A stretch of 64,000 nucleotides of DNA from Chlorokybus atmophyticus (Eukaryota; Plantae; Mesostigma and Chlorokybus algae), in NCBI GenBank assembly GCA_009103225.1, contig RHPI01001507.1, forward strand, positions 1 to 64,000, read 5' to 3'. The notes below the pieces were generated by a model that saw only the letters and a program-made list of their open reading frames with translations, did no database searches and was not told the origin of the DNA. A program made the translations under genes and the position numbers. Shown piece by piece: positions 38,791-52,295 of the stretch. The first letter of the stretch is position 1, and the number at the start of each line of letters is the position of its first letter.

Positions 38791-38821
<31 letters not shown>

Positions 38822-39061
38822 GGAGGAGGCGGGGGACGACGATGATGAGGATGTGACAGTGCTACGTCTCCTGCTGGTCCTGGTGCTCCCTGGAGCTGGG
38901 GCTGGCCTGGTCCAGGCCAGGCGGGCGGCGGCAGCAGGAAGAGGGGAAGGCGGCGGCGGTGCTGTGAGACAGCGGCGGCGGCCTATGCAGGAGAGGACTG
39001 ATGTGGGCGGCTGAAGGAGGCAGCGGGAGAGCGTTGTGGCTGTCAGCGTCGCCGCCTTCAT
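36202..39061 (-). CDS. prfB: Organellar (plastid or mitochondrial) peptide chain release factor 2, 7 exons, about 482 aa
   Basis: Exons at 39061-38696, 38632-38489, 38142-37972, 37784-37581, 37321-37068, 36725-36557 and 36342-36202, all GT-AG with consistent phases. It has a low-complexity N-terminal extension (targeting peptide), [20 protein letters not shown] (RF2-specific SPF), GAGGQHVN (GGQ), QCQNERSQ and QIRSYVL. Confidence 0.95.
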
Positions 39062-40899
39062 CCCCGCCGACGCCGCCACCAGCGCTACAATCTCGTTGTA
39101 CAAATGTTTCAGCAATCCCCTGCAGTCTGATCGAGTTCAGCTGCCCGTATACCAACAGCGTGATGTAATCACTCCCAATGAACTACTAATATATAACGCA
39201 TACGGTAAAATGTAGTCTTATGCACATTGTATAAACCTCAAGTTGTCATACCATTAGAGCTTTACAAAGAGGCTGTATGATACAGGTGCATCTCTTGTAA
39301 TTAAGACCGTATACAGTTGTTGTTTCATCAAGGACACAACTATTGAAGAAACAATCTCATTGCTTCATAATAAACGCATTGAAGCGCATGTGAGATTTGC
39401 ACCACATGATGTTTCATCACATCACCTTATGCGACTCCCACACGCAGTAGAGCAGGCTAACAAGCCCGAGGACGCAAATCATTAATGCATATTGTGCACA
39501 TTGAACTGAATCACGTATGTGTTGTTTGGAGCGCTCTTAGATTGTAAAAGCCCAATAACTACCGTGTACTGCCGTGTGCCAAGTCAATTTATATAAGCAC
39601 ATTGTTGTCTTGAAGCGCGATCGTCATTTGAATCTTGTAAATTTGTGATAATTGATGTAAAATAAATTTAACATATATGCTAGTCTCGTCGAGGGGCTTC
39701 AATATAAGCGTGCTTGTATGCATTACTTAACAAGTTTCATTAACACATTAACTTCTTTCATTCACAGTTCCTTATGATATAAAGCAATTTGGTCACTGAA
39801 ATTTCTCATTGCTTTCTTTATACATGCTACTTCCTTCTTTTATTATTACTACTCTTAATTTCATTACATTCGCTTTCAGCAGCTAGTTCAATCCCAACTT
39901 GAAGGAGGTAAACTTGCTGATTACGTGTGGTTGTCGTTTGTTGTTCTTAACTATCACGTTGTTTCAAGCACAATTTCGTTGGCAACCATCATTGATTACA
40001 AGTTTATCAAGTAATCGCTAAATGCATAACATGACAATATTATAATCTGCAATATTCATAATGTCAGTTGCAATTAGCCCACATATTATAGTTATTTCAC
40101 GCTACCATTACAAAATCAATTATTAACGCCTTACGAACAAACATTTTTCACATGAAAGTGAGGTAAACTCACTGATAATGACAGAATGTTAAGCGGCCAG
40201 ATGTTTCATTGCTCCCGCAATTTGTCCCAACCGCTTTGATTAGAATATTTCGTGGCTTTAATTTAACGGCTTCTCAAGGGGTATGTGTCCACAACAGCTA
40301 TCACTTTATGCATATTAATATCAAGAATGTATGAGATGATGCGTGTTACCGCGGCTAAGAAACAAACGCATTGCACGGTGGTGGCCACAATCAAGCATGT
40401 AAAACAACAACAAGAACTTTTCAGATCCATCAACCGGAGCATGCCGGCGATAAAGCGAGTTGAGCGGGAAGCGAAAGTTTGACCTCTCACGTTGTACGTA
40501 GGCTGACTAATGTGACAATCACACGCAACACGCACACACTACTCTGCATACACACAACACGTACATTCGGTATAATGGAACGGGCACCCTATCTACGGCA
40601 TATAAAACCATATGCATTCCCATGAAAACCGATTGCGCAAGGGGGGACAGCCGTTGGCCTAATTTATAGCAGCCAAAACTTCATGCAACGCATCATAAGC
40701 TCGTGCACAATATCAACCATGATTTCGACATTCGACATTAACGCAATGCAAGTTGATTACTTTGAGAACACTCTTTGCGCACAATCATGTTGATGGCTAG
40801 TTCTAGGACGCCACGATAGCTTCAACGCATAATCGGCATCGTCTAATGAACATGTTGCTATTCATAGACTCGTTGCCCAAAGCAGGCCATATGTAGGTT

Positions 40900-43800
40900 G
40901 TAATGGCAAACCATTGGCACCATTCGTATCCATCATTCGGTGTTGCAATGGGCATGCACTACACAAAGGTACACTGATACGATCTTCGTGCATGGCGCAC
41001 ATATCAAACTACACATCTCTACACATATCACACTATACATCTCACACCACACATATTGCACAGCATATGTCCCTAACACGCCGCACCCATTACACCACCC
41101 TCAACGTCACATCTTGCCATAGTTGTTTCGCTTACGCTCCAGTTTACTAGCTGCCCATAAACACGGCGATGCCCTGCAGCCATTAGCATTTCATGCTAGG
41201 GCCGCCCTGCGGCAGCACTTGTCTTGGTGATCATCGGACTCGGGCGGCACTTGCGCCCCATTGCACTTGCAGCGCGCCGCCTCCTTTTGCCATTAATGCA
41301 ACTCCGCAAACCTTTTTTGCCATGACTGCAAGGTAAGTCAGGGCTCTCCAGGGTTTTATACCAACTTCATTCTGCCGACAAAACAACAAACGGTCTAACA
41401 CGCCATCTGAACGGCACAAAGCCAACAACCAAATTGTCACTGTCCATGTGCTCTGCTCCATGTTGCTGTAGTTGGTTGCTAACCGCTTGCAGCATCTCGC
41501 AATTCGCTCACACAACATCCGAAAAAACACTTTTTGGTCGTACATAAACATCCGCATTGCAGGGCCCCTGCTGCCCAGCTCATAACTCTTTGAATGTGTC
41601 CATGAAACTTTGAAGGTTGCTGCATGTGGAAGCATAGCCACGAGTAAGTAACGCTGACCCGCGCATAAACAAATGAATCTATTGAACATGATCAATTGCT
41701 AAGTACTCTCTTCAGGCCAACATTTCTCGGGCCACGTCGTCTGGTAAATACAGCGGCACACGAGGAGTGTAGTGCATAATGGCAATCAGTTTTTCGTCAC
41801 TTATGCTTAACAGTGTTTTTAGCTCCAACATATTTGCTTAAAGCCTCTCTGGAGAAGAGTGTATCACATCTGTCCAGGTCGTGATCTGGACAAGCACGAC
41901 AATAATAATCATCGTTGTCGTGATTGCATGAGGACACAACTTTTGCAGCTGTGGTTCGGTTAGTGTGCATTCGTGGTTGAGATGTATTAAGTACATACAC
42001 ACGTATTGAGTTTAAACATTGGCCATGGCATACCTCATATATATGCGTCGTTCAAGCTCCGTGCGGTTGCAAAATAAGGATTTCGTCCTCCCAATGTTAT
42101 TTATGCTTCCACTCGTCGCGCTGAAAGAGAAAAACTTTGCTAGAACGGGCGCATAGCGTTTTGCTCGCTTTCTGACCGATTGGGACAACAATTCCAGCGG
42201 CCGCGCCTATCTCGTGCTGGCAACTTTTGCTACAACAAACACATCAATCAACCGCAAGTTGAATAGTTGACAACACCAGTATATAGTTTTTACACCAAGA
42301 AGCTCACCGTGTTGCACTTATCCTCGTCATTAAGAGTTGTGCTGCATGAGCTGTGCGATCGATCTGCAACGCTAAGATGCTGTCTTCGCCTGCTGAACAA
42401 GAAATTTGTTGGGAGCTGTGCCAACATTGGGCAAACAGCACACGAGCACGAAGATACATGGTGTGACAGTATCGTGCAGCTGCTCACTTGAGTACCGAGT
42501 GGTACAACCGCGGTGTTGCGATTTTTACTGTGGCAGTTCTATGGCCAAGTGTGCGCGACAACGCTGGGAATGGCACTGGCAAGCAACATCAAGTCATTAG
42601 ATGAGCTAAACGCAGTTTGTTGACAGGTTATTAGTTATGCTTGTGACAAGCAATGGACACTTGCTTAGTGGGTCTTACCAATCTTCTTGGCCTTGCACAC
42701 GGTGCATGGAGAGTGCTGGATGAGGCAGGTCGTCCCATACTGCAAGTACATGTGGAAGGTAATCTACACCCAGTTGTAGTGCACCAACGAGCTATTCCAC
42801 AGAATGTTTGACCTACAGCAGAGACCTGTTGGTCAGTTTACCATGACAATGACTCATAGAGTTGTCATCAGTTGCATCACGCATATAGTCTCTATGCAGC
42901 ATGCGCAATATCACTCAGTTCCTATCTCGTTTGTTGTTGCCAATTGTACCACTATACAACGAATGTGACCTGATTCATGTGAGTAGACTGTGACTGTGCT
43001 TACTAGAGTTGCATTCCACAGGAATGCGGCACTTGGCTCTGCCAAGTAAGTTGCTAAGCTCGGTCAGGTGGTCTGCTTCAATAGCACACGGCTGCAAAAT
43101 GAGATCTGGACGAAGCACTGTATGTATTGCAAACAGCACATGCACCAAACAGGTGCAGCACAGCCTGCACTGTACTGCGTGGGCCGAAGTCTTTTGCATG
43201 AAGACAAACGCCAAGCGTGCTGTCTATAGCTTGAAATATACTTGTCTTATTGCTTGCGACAAGTGCACTGCTAGATGCGACAATTAAAAGGTAAACAACT
43301 GGTCTGTTGCTGTGCGACACATGCAGCACACAACAGACATGTACTCAAGCTGCATGTGTTACGCACTGCCTTGTGAATACTTTCTTGAAAACTGCGCGTG
43401 TTACACATGTTTGTGAGCTGCGCATTTTGTGAACTGCGCAACTAAACTGATCAAGCATTGCAAATGCATGATCACGATAATAGTAGCCACAGCACCGGTT
43501 GCATGCTATACCACTCAACGTGGTTGACTGCCTGATTTCGCTGCTGTCCGCTGTCTTGTAAAGGCAAGCTTCGCATGCATGCCTCGCTGGCTGATCCCGC
43601 CGCCGTCCTTCCTGGCCATGCCCGTGCCGCCCACAACACCCACTGCCCGCAAGCCAGCATGCTTGCTTTCCGCCCACCTCCACCGCCCTGGCCGCCCATA
43701 ACGCCGATGCTGCCAACTACACAGTAGCAGCATACTTGCCGTCACATCTCAGTGTGGTTGACTACGGCGTGGGTTGCTGCGGCGGATGGTGGCCGATGGT

Positions 43801-44830
43801 GTGGAAGGCGGCGACAACCATGCCGCCTGGGAGCAGCTACCATGGGGGACGTGGCACTCAAGTGCCTGCGCACAGGGTGGTGCGGGCTGAAGCTGCCGGA
43901 ATTGCAACTTTCTCTTACTGGTATGCTGTCGTGCAGCAGCTGTTACAGCAGCTCCATGCCCTCTCTGCTTTGCGCTGCTTATGCCCAAGCACACTTGTCA
44001 GCACCGCATTCGCCTAGTATGCTGTGTTGTGCTCGGGAGGAAGTTCAACCATCATGTCAGTAAAGCTTTGCCTGTAAGAAGTGTATGCCGACATATCGCA
44101 CTATCGAAGTTTGACCTGTCAGTTGAGCAGCACATTGCAACTACATGCGGTGCCACTGCTTGATTCAGCTGCTAAGTTTTGCAAAAGGGGTTGGCCATGC
44201 GTGCCGAAATTACACATGTGTATTTGTCAACCACATCTCGTTATGCCCAAGACTCGCTGCAAGCAATGCAGCGCATATAGGTTGCCTTACCCGTGAGCTT
44301 GTTTGCTCAAACCAATGTCGTAAGCAAATTCACAGGGTTTAAAGACTCGCATTGCTCAGCCCACAGCTGATTGCATTGTTATAGGCTATGTCATGAAGTC
44401 GGCAACAGCCTCTCGTGAGCGCCACTCTTTTACGGTCGTTGGCCATATTGTTACAAGCTATTGTCACTGTCATTTCAATATACAAGCGCTTGCTATCATC
44501 AATGTGGAGGCAATGTGCAAACTGCTAGTTGCAGCACACTAACAGCTATTTAAGTTGTAATTGCTTGTGAGACTTGCTGGAAGCTTAAGAAACTTGAAGT
44601 CTTCTAATCTTTGAAGACTTGATCTTTTATAAGCTTCTTGCGCTTCCAACTTGCTCAGAGGGTTGTGTGTTGCGTAGCAGCAGTATTGTGCTTGTGATTT
44701 CCCTCACGCGTGTCATAAGAGCCACCACAGCTAGCATTGTTGCAACCCCCATCTTCAACTCTTTGTAGGTAAGGCGGTAGCTTAATTGTTTGTATTGCAC
44801 TCAAATGCAACCCGCGCACATCATAACGGC
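40900..44830 (-). pseudogene. mTERF-like helical-repeat gene, copy D
   Basis: The reverse complement is collinear with copies B and C. 41231-41695 reads ...SYELGSRGPAMRMFMYDQKVFFRM...CKRLATNYSNMEQS.... Frameshifts in the EQNAM exon. Boundaries are approximate. Confidence 0.65.
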
Positions 44831-44959
44831 TGGTTGCAGGCAACTACTATGCACTTGCAAGGGCGATCAGCACATAGCACAGCCATAGCTCATAGCACAG
44901 CCACTATTCATGATGATGTTGACAATAGCAACAAGGTTAGCTGCTTCTCTCCTCCTGCG

Positions 44960-45003
<44 letters not shown>

Positions 45004-45039
45004 NCCCCCCCCCCCCCTCGAGCCCCTCTTGGCGCTGCC

Positions 45040-45610
45040 CGTTCTATGACGTATATTTGCCAGCTGAAGGCAAGACGAGTAGGGGAGTAGGCAAGCCTCC
45101 ATTTGCCTTTTGGTTAAAAGCCAGTAGCAAGCTGTGCGCCGAGCCTGGCAGGGGTTACTTTTTTGACCGCACAGAGTCAAAGTGTTGATGGGACGAGGGA
45201 GGCCCATGTCCTTATTTCGCGACCCCGTTGATCTTGAACCACGAATGCGTGAGGCATGTTGTGCGTCATATGCAAGCTTCAATTATCCGTATGGTCACTA
45301 TATCTGAACTGTAAATAACTGTGGTTGAACATCGGAGTAGTAATTGTTTCCGGGTAAAAGCATGACAACAATCGCCTGGCATGAACATGTATAATTCTCT
45401 TAAGCGTTTTGCGATCACCAACGCCGTGGGGCGTAGGTGTTGAATATGTCGCCATACGGTACTACGCTCCTCGTCTGCTAATACGATAGCAGCTGATGTG
45501 GCTAGAAGCTTTGCTTGATGGTGGGCTTTCTGCAGTGATTGACCATGCACAGATGGTCGAATTGCTAAAACATGTGAATCATATAAGCTAGGCAGGGGCC
45601 TTGCGTGTAG
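45040..45610 (+). pseudogene. mTERF-like gene, partial copy F (opposite orientation to D and E)
   Basis: Q*QAVRRAWQGLLF*PHRVKVLMGRGRPMSLFRDPVDLEPRMRE exon. GACCATGCACAGATGGTC and AGCTAGGCAGGGGCCTTGC blocks match the other copies. Confidence 0.55.
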
Positions 45611-45899
45611 GTGTGGTAGGTGTGTCAATCACGCTCGGTACCAAAAATGCACAAAACATATGATGAGCCACTGCAAAAACTTGCTGGTGCGTACATTTAA
45701 GTGTACAATCATCATGTGTGCATTCATATTACGATGGGTAAATGTCCGGCCAAGTTTGCTGGTAAGTTATGTACTACTATGCGTACTGCATTGGTGATCC
45801 GGCAAAAAAGTAAGGATTGTTGCTCCGCACAGACTCTTTGCAAGACTGCGCGCTGTCTTGATACCAATGGCAAAACCATTTACTTCACAAGCAACTTAA

Positions 45900-48800
45900 G
45901 TTGTTACATTACATTGAGTACGCTAAACACACACAAGTTCAGCAAGCTCAACGCACATTGCTCACTATCTACACTACAAATGTCCCTCAGCATACGATAC
46001 CATACCATTCTCAGCATCACCCTGCGGCAATCGTTTCACACCAATGCTAGAAGCGCATCTATCTCAGTTGTCGGCGGCCACGCACAGCACCGATGCACCA
46101 TTGCACTTGTGGCGCTCCTTCTCAAGCTTCTTTCGCAATTGAGCAAATTTTAAAAACATTGGTTGCCATGAGCCTGCAAGACAATTCAAGTTTATTGAGG
46201 TTGGCATTGAAATGGTATGCTGACGACACAACAAGCGGTCCAACGCCAGTTGAGCTGCACAAAGCCTGCCTCGAATTTGGCAATACCATGCTGCACTCCA
46301 TCATGCTGAAATCGGTTGCTAACCGCTTGCAGCATTTCTCATTTTGAGAAATGCTGCAAGCGGTTAGCAACCGATTTGCTCACATGACATCCAGACAACC
46401 ACCATTGGGTTATAATGGAAGAGCCGCATTGCAAGGCCCCTGCCTAGCTCAGAGGACTCAAATGTGTCCATGAAACTCGAAAGCTGCTGCGCACGAAGGT
46501 GGTGCTATGGTAAAGCAAGTCCGGGCAGCGTCAGCATTTCATTATTGCGCGGTCAACCGCAGCAAGTGCACCAATCAGCAATTGTTTCAGCCACAATGTC
46601 CAGTGACAGTGCAAAAATACAAGAATTGTAGCGCGGCATGGTGAAAACTTCTTCGTCACTTATGCTCAACAGTACTTACAACTCCATTATGTTCGTCCCA
46701 AGCCTCTCAAAAGAAGTGAGCTCCATCCACGCCAAGCCGTTTTTGTCATACTTGCATCAGCAAACAACCTGTGCATTTATATGTGAGATACATTTTTATG
46801 ACTGCACTCACGAAGTGTTGAAGTTTGGACATGAGCCTTGGCAAACCACATATACTTGTCGTTGAAGGCTGGTGCGGTCGCAAAATACGGCGTTGTTCCC
46901 CCCTAGTCTTATCAACGCTGCCACTTGTTGCGGTAAAAGAGAAAAAGACTGCCAGAGGCGCATAGCATCTTGTTCACCTTTTGACTATCGGGGCAAGCGC
47001 TTCCGGCCGCAACCCCTGTTTCTTGCTGGCAACTTTTGCCAAAACGGTCACACCAATCAACAAAAAGCCAGATAGTTGAGGTTGACATCACTAGTATGTA
47101 GCTTTCACACTAAGAAGCCCACCGTGTTTCTCTCATCCTCGTTATTGAGAGTTGTGTTGCATATGATGTGCGATCGATCTGCAACATTGGGATGCTGTTT
47201 TCGCTTGCTGAACAAGAAGTTTATTGTGAGCTGTGCCGACATCCGCTAAATGGAGCACGAGCACAAAAACACATGGCGTGACAACACCATGCAGCTGCTT
47301 ACTTGTATACAGTGGTACAATTAATTTATTGATCGCGGTGTTGCGACTCAGACAGTGGCAGCTCTGCGGCCACATGTGCACGACAACACCTGGATTGACA
47401 CTGTCAAATAAGCAACATCAAGGCACTTGGCAAGCCACACGCAGTTTGTTGACAAGTCATTAGAAGAGCTTGTAAAAAGCAATTGGCAATTGCTTGATCG
47501 GTCTCACCAGTCTTAGCAGTCTTGTCGGCCTTTGACACGCCACACTGGAGAGAGCTGGATGAGGTAGGTCGCCCCCACACTAGAAGTAATATGGGAGGTG
47601 AGCTTCACCCAGTCATAGTGCACCAACCAGCTATTCCGTCCAGTGTCTGACCTACAACAGAGACATGTTGATCGGGAATTCACCATGGCACTGACTCAGA
47701 GAGCTGTCATCAACTGCCATAAGGCACATAGCCTTTATGCGGCATGCGCTTATCTGACATCATGTTTGTTTTTGCAAATTGCACCCCTGTACATCAATTG
47801 ACACCCCATGTGAGTGAACTGTGATTGTGCTTAATTAAGTCACAATCACATCAGTGCGGCACTTGGCTCTGCCAAAAGTTGCTAGGATAGATCTGCTTCA
47901 ATAGCACACGGATTCAAACGAACGCGTACGCAGCAATGTGTAATGTAAACAGCATGCAACAGACAGGTGCACAGTCTGTGCTGCATAGGCTGCAGGCTGT
48001 TGCATAAGAATCTTGCCGACTTGCAGCGCAAGCGTGCTGTCTGTAAGTTATACTTGGCTTATTTCCTGCGACATATGGGCTGCTATACTCGACAAACAGA
48101 AGCTAAACAACTAGCTGGCATGTTGAGGTGCTACACATGCAGCACACAAGACATGTATATATGCTGCATGTATCACACACATTGCCTTGCCCAAACAATG
48201 CGTGTGTCACACATGTTTATGAGCTGCGCAACTACGCTGATCAAGCAATGCAAAGGTACGATGCACAACAGTAATAGCCACAGCACCGGTTGCATGCTAT
48301 ATTACTCAACAGGGTTGACTGCCTGATCCTGCTGGTGTCCGCTGTCTTCTAAAGGCAGGCCCCGCATGTATGCCTCTCTGGCTAATCCCGTCGCCGCCCC
48401 TGCTGGCCATGCCCGTGCCGCTCACAGGATTCACTGCCAGACAGCCAGCATGCGTGCTTTCCGCCCACCTCCACCGCCCTGGCCGCCCACAACACCAATG
48501 CTGCCAACAACACAGTAGCAGCATGCTTGCTGTCACATGCCAGTGAGGTTGTCTACGGCGTGGGTTGCTGTGCCAGCTGCTGGTCGATGGTGTGGAAGGT
48601 GGCGACAAGCATGCCGCTGCCTGGGAGCAACTACCAGGCAGCTTGTCGCCGCCCATATGGGCGACGTGGCCCTCGGGAGCCGGTGGCGGATGGGGATGAC
48701 ATCACTTGCGCAGAATGTGGTGCGGGTTGAAGTGGCAGCTGCAGATGCCAATCTTATTGGTATGCTACTATGCAGCAGCCGTTACAGCACTCCATCCGGC

Positions 48801-49440
48801 CCTTCGCTATGCTGCTCTATGCTATCTCAGCCTTGGCACAAGTCAGCAGCGCAGTGTAGTTTTTTATATGCTGTGCTCAAGATGGAGAGATCCCAGCCAG
48901 CATGCAAGAAAGGACTGTGAATAGTGTGATGGCCAACCCATTGTACCAATACATCTTGACGTATTAGCTTACTCGCGGATTGCAATGCTGCTGGCGGTGC
49001 CGTTGCTTTTGCAGCTGCGTTGAGCAGCAGCCATTGCTTCTTCTCGCTGCGCGAAGCACTGCAGCGAGCATTGTCGTGTGTACAAGTGAATATGACCATG
49101 GTTACACAAGTTGTTAAGTTGTTATTGGCAATCGGCTATTAACAAGGTGCTCAAAGTTTCTGTCTAAGTATAGAGTTGCGAGAAGTCTTCCAAGCTTATG
49201 CACTTTTTAAGTTGTACCGTCAGTTGTGATTTGCGAAGCAGCAGTAAACTTCCTTTGCTCGCATTATGAGCTGCCACAGCCAGCGTCGTTGCACCCCTTT
49301 ATAACTCGGTGTGCGGGTAAGGGCGGCAGCTTGGGTTGATCGCAGTAAACTTCAGTGAGGCCAGTAAAACTTAACAGCATTTGTATGCAAGCAGCTACAG
49401 TGCGCTTGTACTACGCAACTGCGACCTGCATGTGACACAA
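45900..49440 (-). pseudogene. mTERF-like helical-repeat gene, copy E
   Basis: The reverse complement is collinear with the other copies. GEQDAMRLWQSFSLLPQQVAALIRLGGNNAVFCDRTSLQRQVYV exon; ...CCKRLATDFSMMECS...RQAL. Frameshifts and an inverted duplication are present. Confidence 0.65.
46309..46377. repeat. Perfect 33-bp inverted repeat with a 3-nt loop
   Basis: AAATCGGTTGCTAACCGCTTGCAGCATTTCTCA-TTT-TGAGAAATGCTGCAAGCGGTTAGCAACCGATTT. Only one arm exists in the paralogous copies. Confidence 0.95.
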
Positions 49441-49650
49441 CACATCGCCTGCAAAGGACCATGAATGGTCCGTGCCTTTTGACCGGGATCTTCCCTGCTA
49501 AGTGAAATCGATGGACCATGGATGGTTCGAATGTCATTGACAGTTGAACCATGCATGGTCCAGGCCTTACGTGAACGGTCTCATGTTTTTTTCGGTTCGC
49601 ATCATGTATGGCCCAGTCAATATCGCGGGCGTCCGGGCCAGGGACAAGTG
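49441..49650. mobile_element. Left end of a second member of the CAC/GGACCA-N4-TGGTCC family
   Basis: Starts CACATCGCC. It is collinear with 8083-8230, with palindromes at 49456, 49513 and 49546 (spacings 57 and 33 nt, against 58 and 33 at 8092/8150/8183). The right end was not found. Confidence 0.65.
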
Positions 49651-50499
49651 TATAATATTACAAAATCTTAATCATTATAGGAATCAGATTCGATAGCAAA
49701 ATGCACCCAAAATGGCTTGGAGCTCTCTCCACTCGTGGGATGGAGGCGGGATAGGATAGTAACGCGATTCATGAAAACCGATTAGGGTTATCCTATGCAA
49801 CCGCGAGACATAATATGAGAATAAAAATAAAGGTTGGATAGCCGCCGGCAGCAGGCAGAAGTCAATGACCGCCATTTTTATCACTTGCTTACCGCCGCAG
49901 GGTGTGTATTTGGTTAAAAGAGGTAGAGCCTCCTAAATGACAAGTTCGCGTGTGTGTGTAAGCGTGTTTTTGTGTGCGTGTGTGTGAATTACTGGCAAGG
50001 CCACAATCTGCGCCTGCGCATGAGAAATCTACAAACACACATGCATGCACACTTACACACGCACGCTTGTGTGTCACACGTCAGTACACACGGTGTGCAC
50101 TGATGTGTGTTCAACGCAGGCGTATGCAGCTTGGTTAAGTGCGCGGCTGGGTGAGGAGCTGGGTGTGGAGCATGCTGCTATTTTATGCTCATTGCCGGAT
50201 AAGTCAGTGAGTCTTTGTGTGTTCATGTGTGAGAATGGCTTGTAAACTATGCGCATAAGTTGTGTAAACGTGAACTATGAAAACGAGCTGTGTGCGTGTT
50301 TCTACGTGGCTTATGCATTGTATGACCAACTGTGTGAATGTTATTTGCGTGAACCTAGCCTCTGTGTGTTTGAACTGTGCAAACTGAGTGACTGCGCTTG
50401 CACACAACACACGTGTGCAAGCGCAGTCACCTTAATTTGGTTCACGGCTGAGTGTGGAGCAAGTTGTGAACACATGGTAAACACACCTGGTAAGTCAGG

Positions 50500-50543
<44 letters not shown>

Positions 50544-51018
50544 GCAAACACAGCTTGGCCAAGTATAAGGATTCGTGTGGGGCTGGGTGTGGAGCGGGTT
50601 GAGATCGAGCTTTCAACACGGGGTGAGTTAGCGACCACATTTAAAGGGGGGGGGGGGGGGGGNNNNNNNNNNNNNNNNNNNNNNNNNNNNNNNNNNNNNN
50701 NNNNNNNNNNNNNNNNNNNNNNNNNNNNNNNNNNNNNNNNNNNNNNNNNNNNNNNNNNNNNNNNNNNNNNNNNNNNNNNNNNNNNNNNNNNNNNNNNNNN
50801 NNNNNNNNNNNNNNNNNNNNNNNNNNNNNNNNNNNNNNNNNNNNNNNNNNNNNNNNNNNNNNNNNNNNNNNNNNNNNNNNNNNNNNNNNNNNNNNNNNNN
50901 NNNNNNNNNNNNNNNNNNNNNNNNNNNNNNNNNNNNGGGGGGGGGGGGGGGGGACTTGAGCAATTTAACATGTTGTCCTTTTGTGTGTTGGCAGGTCCCT
51001 TCATCACCTCTTCTTGCA

Positions 51019-51566
51019 ATGGATGACACCACTACATTTTGCGCTGTTGTCATCATGGCGTTGTTGGACTTCCAGCAACATATGGTAGTTCGTATGTAAT
51101 GATATATGACGTGAACACGGAGGACACGCAGTTTTAGATGGCTTCGAGTAGGAATGAGGAGGCATTGTTAGTTGAACTAGCTTGTGCGCCAGCAATCAAG
51201 TACCCTCGCCCTTTCACCTCTTCTCCTGCTTCCCTTCCCTTGTTACTACTGGGCATGTTGACAAGGAGGTCGGGATTTGGTTAAGCAGTAGAGTGTGGAC
51301 ACACTATTGCAATGAGGGTGTGGTGGGATCAGCATGCTCAGCACCTCACTGGATCTAGATGGGCAGAAGCATTTCGTATTGCAAGGCCTGCATTTGAACC
51401 GCTCTATGACATGCTTAGGCCATGCCTGGAGCGGCAGCACACCAAGTACCGCTAGGTTATTGGCTTGCAGCGGCGTGTTGCAGCAATGCTTTACAAAGTT
51501 GCGCACAACCAGAGCGACCTGAGTATCGCGCACCTGTTCGGCATAGGCAAGTCAACTAACAAGTGA
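51019..51566 (+). pseudogene. N-terminal fragment of a PIF/Harbinger (HARBI1/ALP1-like) transposase
   Basis: 51321-51566 reads WWDQHAQHLTGSRWAEAFRIARPAFEPLYDMLRPCLERQHTKYR*VIGLQRRVAAMLYKVAHNQSDLSIAHLFGIGKST. This fits the F-R-M..F..L...L and LA...I...FG.GKST pattern. The DDE core is absent. Confidence 0.75.
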
Positions 51567-51599
51567 GCTGCTGCGCTTCTGCCGCGCTATCAAGCATAA

Positions 51600-51800
51600 C
51601 GTAGGTCCGAGGTATCACACGGACTTGCTCCCGTGGACCAGCCCTGGTTTGCACGTACGGACCAGGGCCAAGTTGCTCGGGCGGCTTGGGGTCCGGACCA
51701 GGGTCCCCCGCCTTGGTCTGCACGCGGGGACCAGGGCTGCTCCAAACAATACGTATTTGTCTCACGGTCCCCTGACAACTGAACCAGGGCTGGTGACGCC
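51600..51800. repeat. Cluster of GGACCAGGGC / GGACCA-N4-TGGT motifs (transposon subterminal array)
   Basis: About 5 degenerate copies, e.g. GGACCAGCCCTGGTTT at 51635, starting just after the truncated Harbinger frame. Confidence 0.55.
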
Positions 51801-52295
51801 AGTTAAGTATATGGCAGTTAACTTTTCATCGAGCAAAATTTTAAACTCAAACTATCCCCCGCTCCATGCCAAAGTGCACCATCCATCACATGGACGTGGG
51901 CTCGGACGGTCTGAACCAAGGCACGGCAGCATTGTCAACAGTCGCCTTGCCAGCTGCGACTATTACACAATTTACTCAGTGGTTACGGCAAGTCTAACTT
52001 GTATGCCGTAAGGGTAGATATATAACCCTACTAAAAGTATTTGTTTATTTGGTTAAACCTGGTTGATCGCAATAGCGACCGAGCTGAACCGCGGTACCGA
52101 CTGCGCCTACCGCGGTAGGTAGCCGGTTACTTAGCGGAGCAAATGAGCAAAAGGTGCGACTTGATCGCGGCCAAGTAACCGGCCTTGATGCCAGAGCAAC
52201 AAGTGCGGCCTAACTACGGCTAACTGACCGATATAAGCAACGGTTGGTTAGCCGGCTGCCTAGATTCTCCGGTACACCGCCGCCAGCCGTGGTAA

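Noticed and set aside
39200-40900. AT-rich region upstream of prfB, with a 14-mer CATGAAAACCGATT shared with ~49770
   Set aside because: No ORF, TIR/TSD pair or RNA fold could be supported, and a single short match is insufficient.
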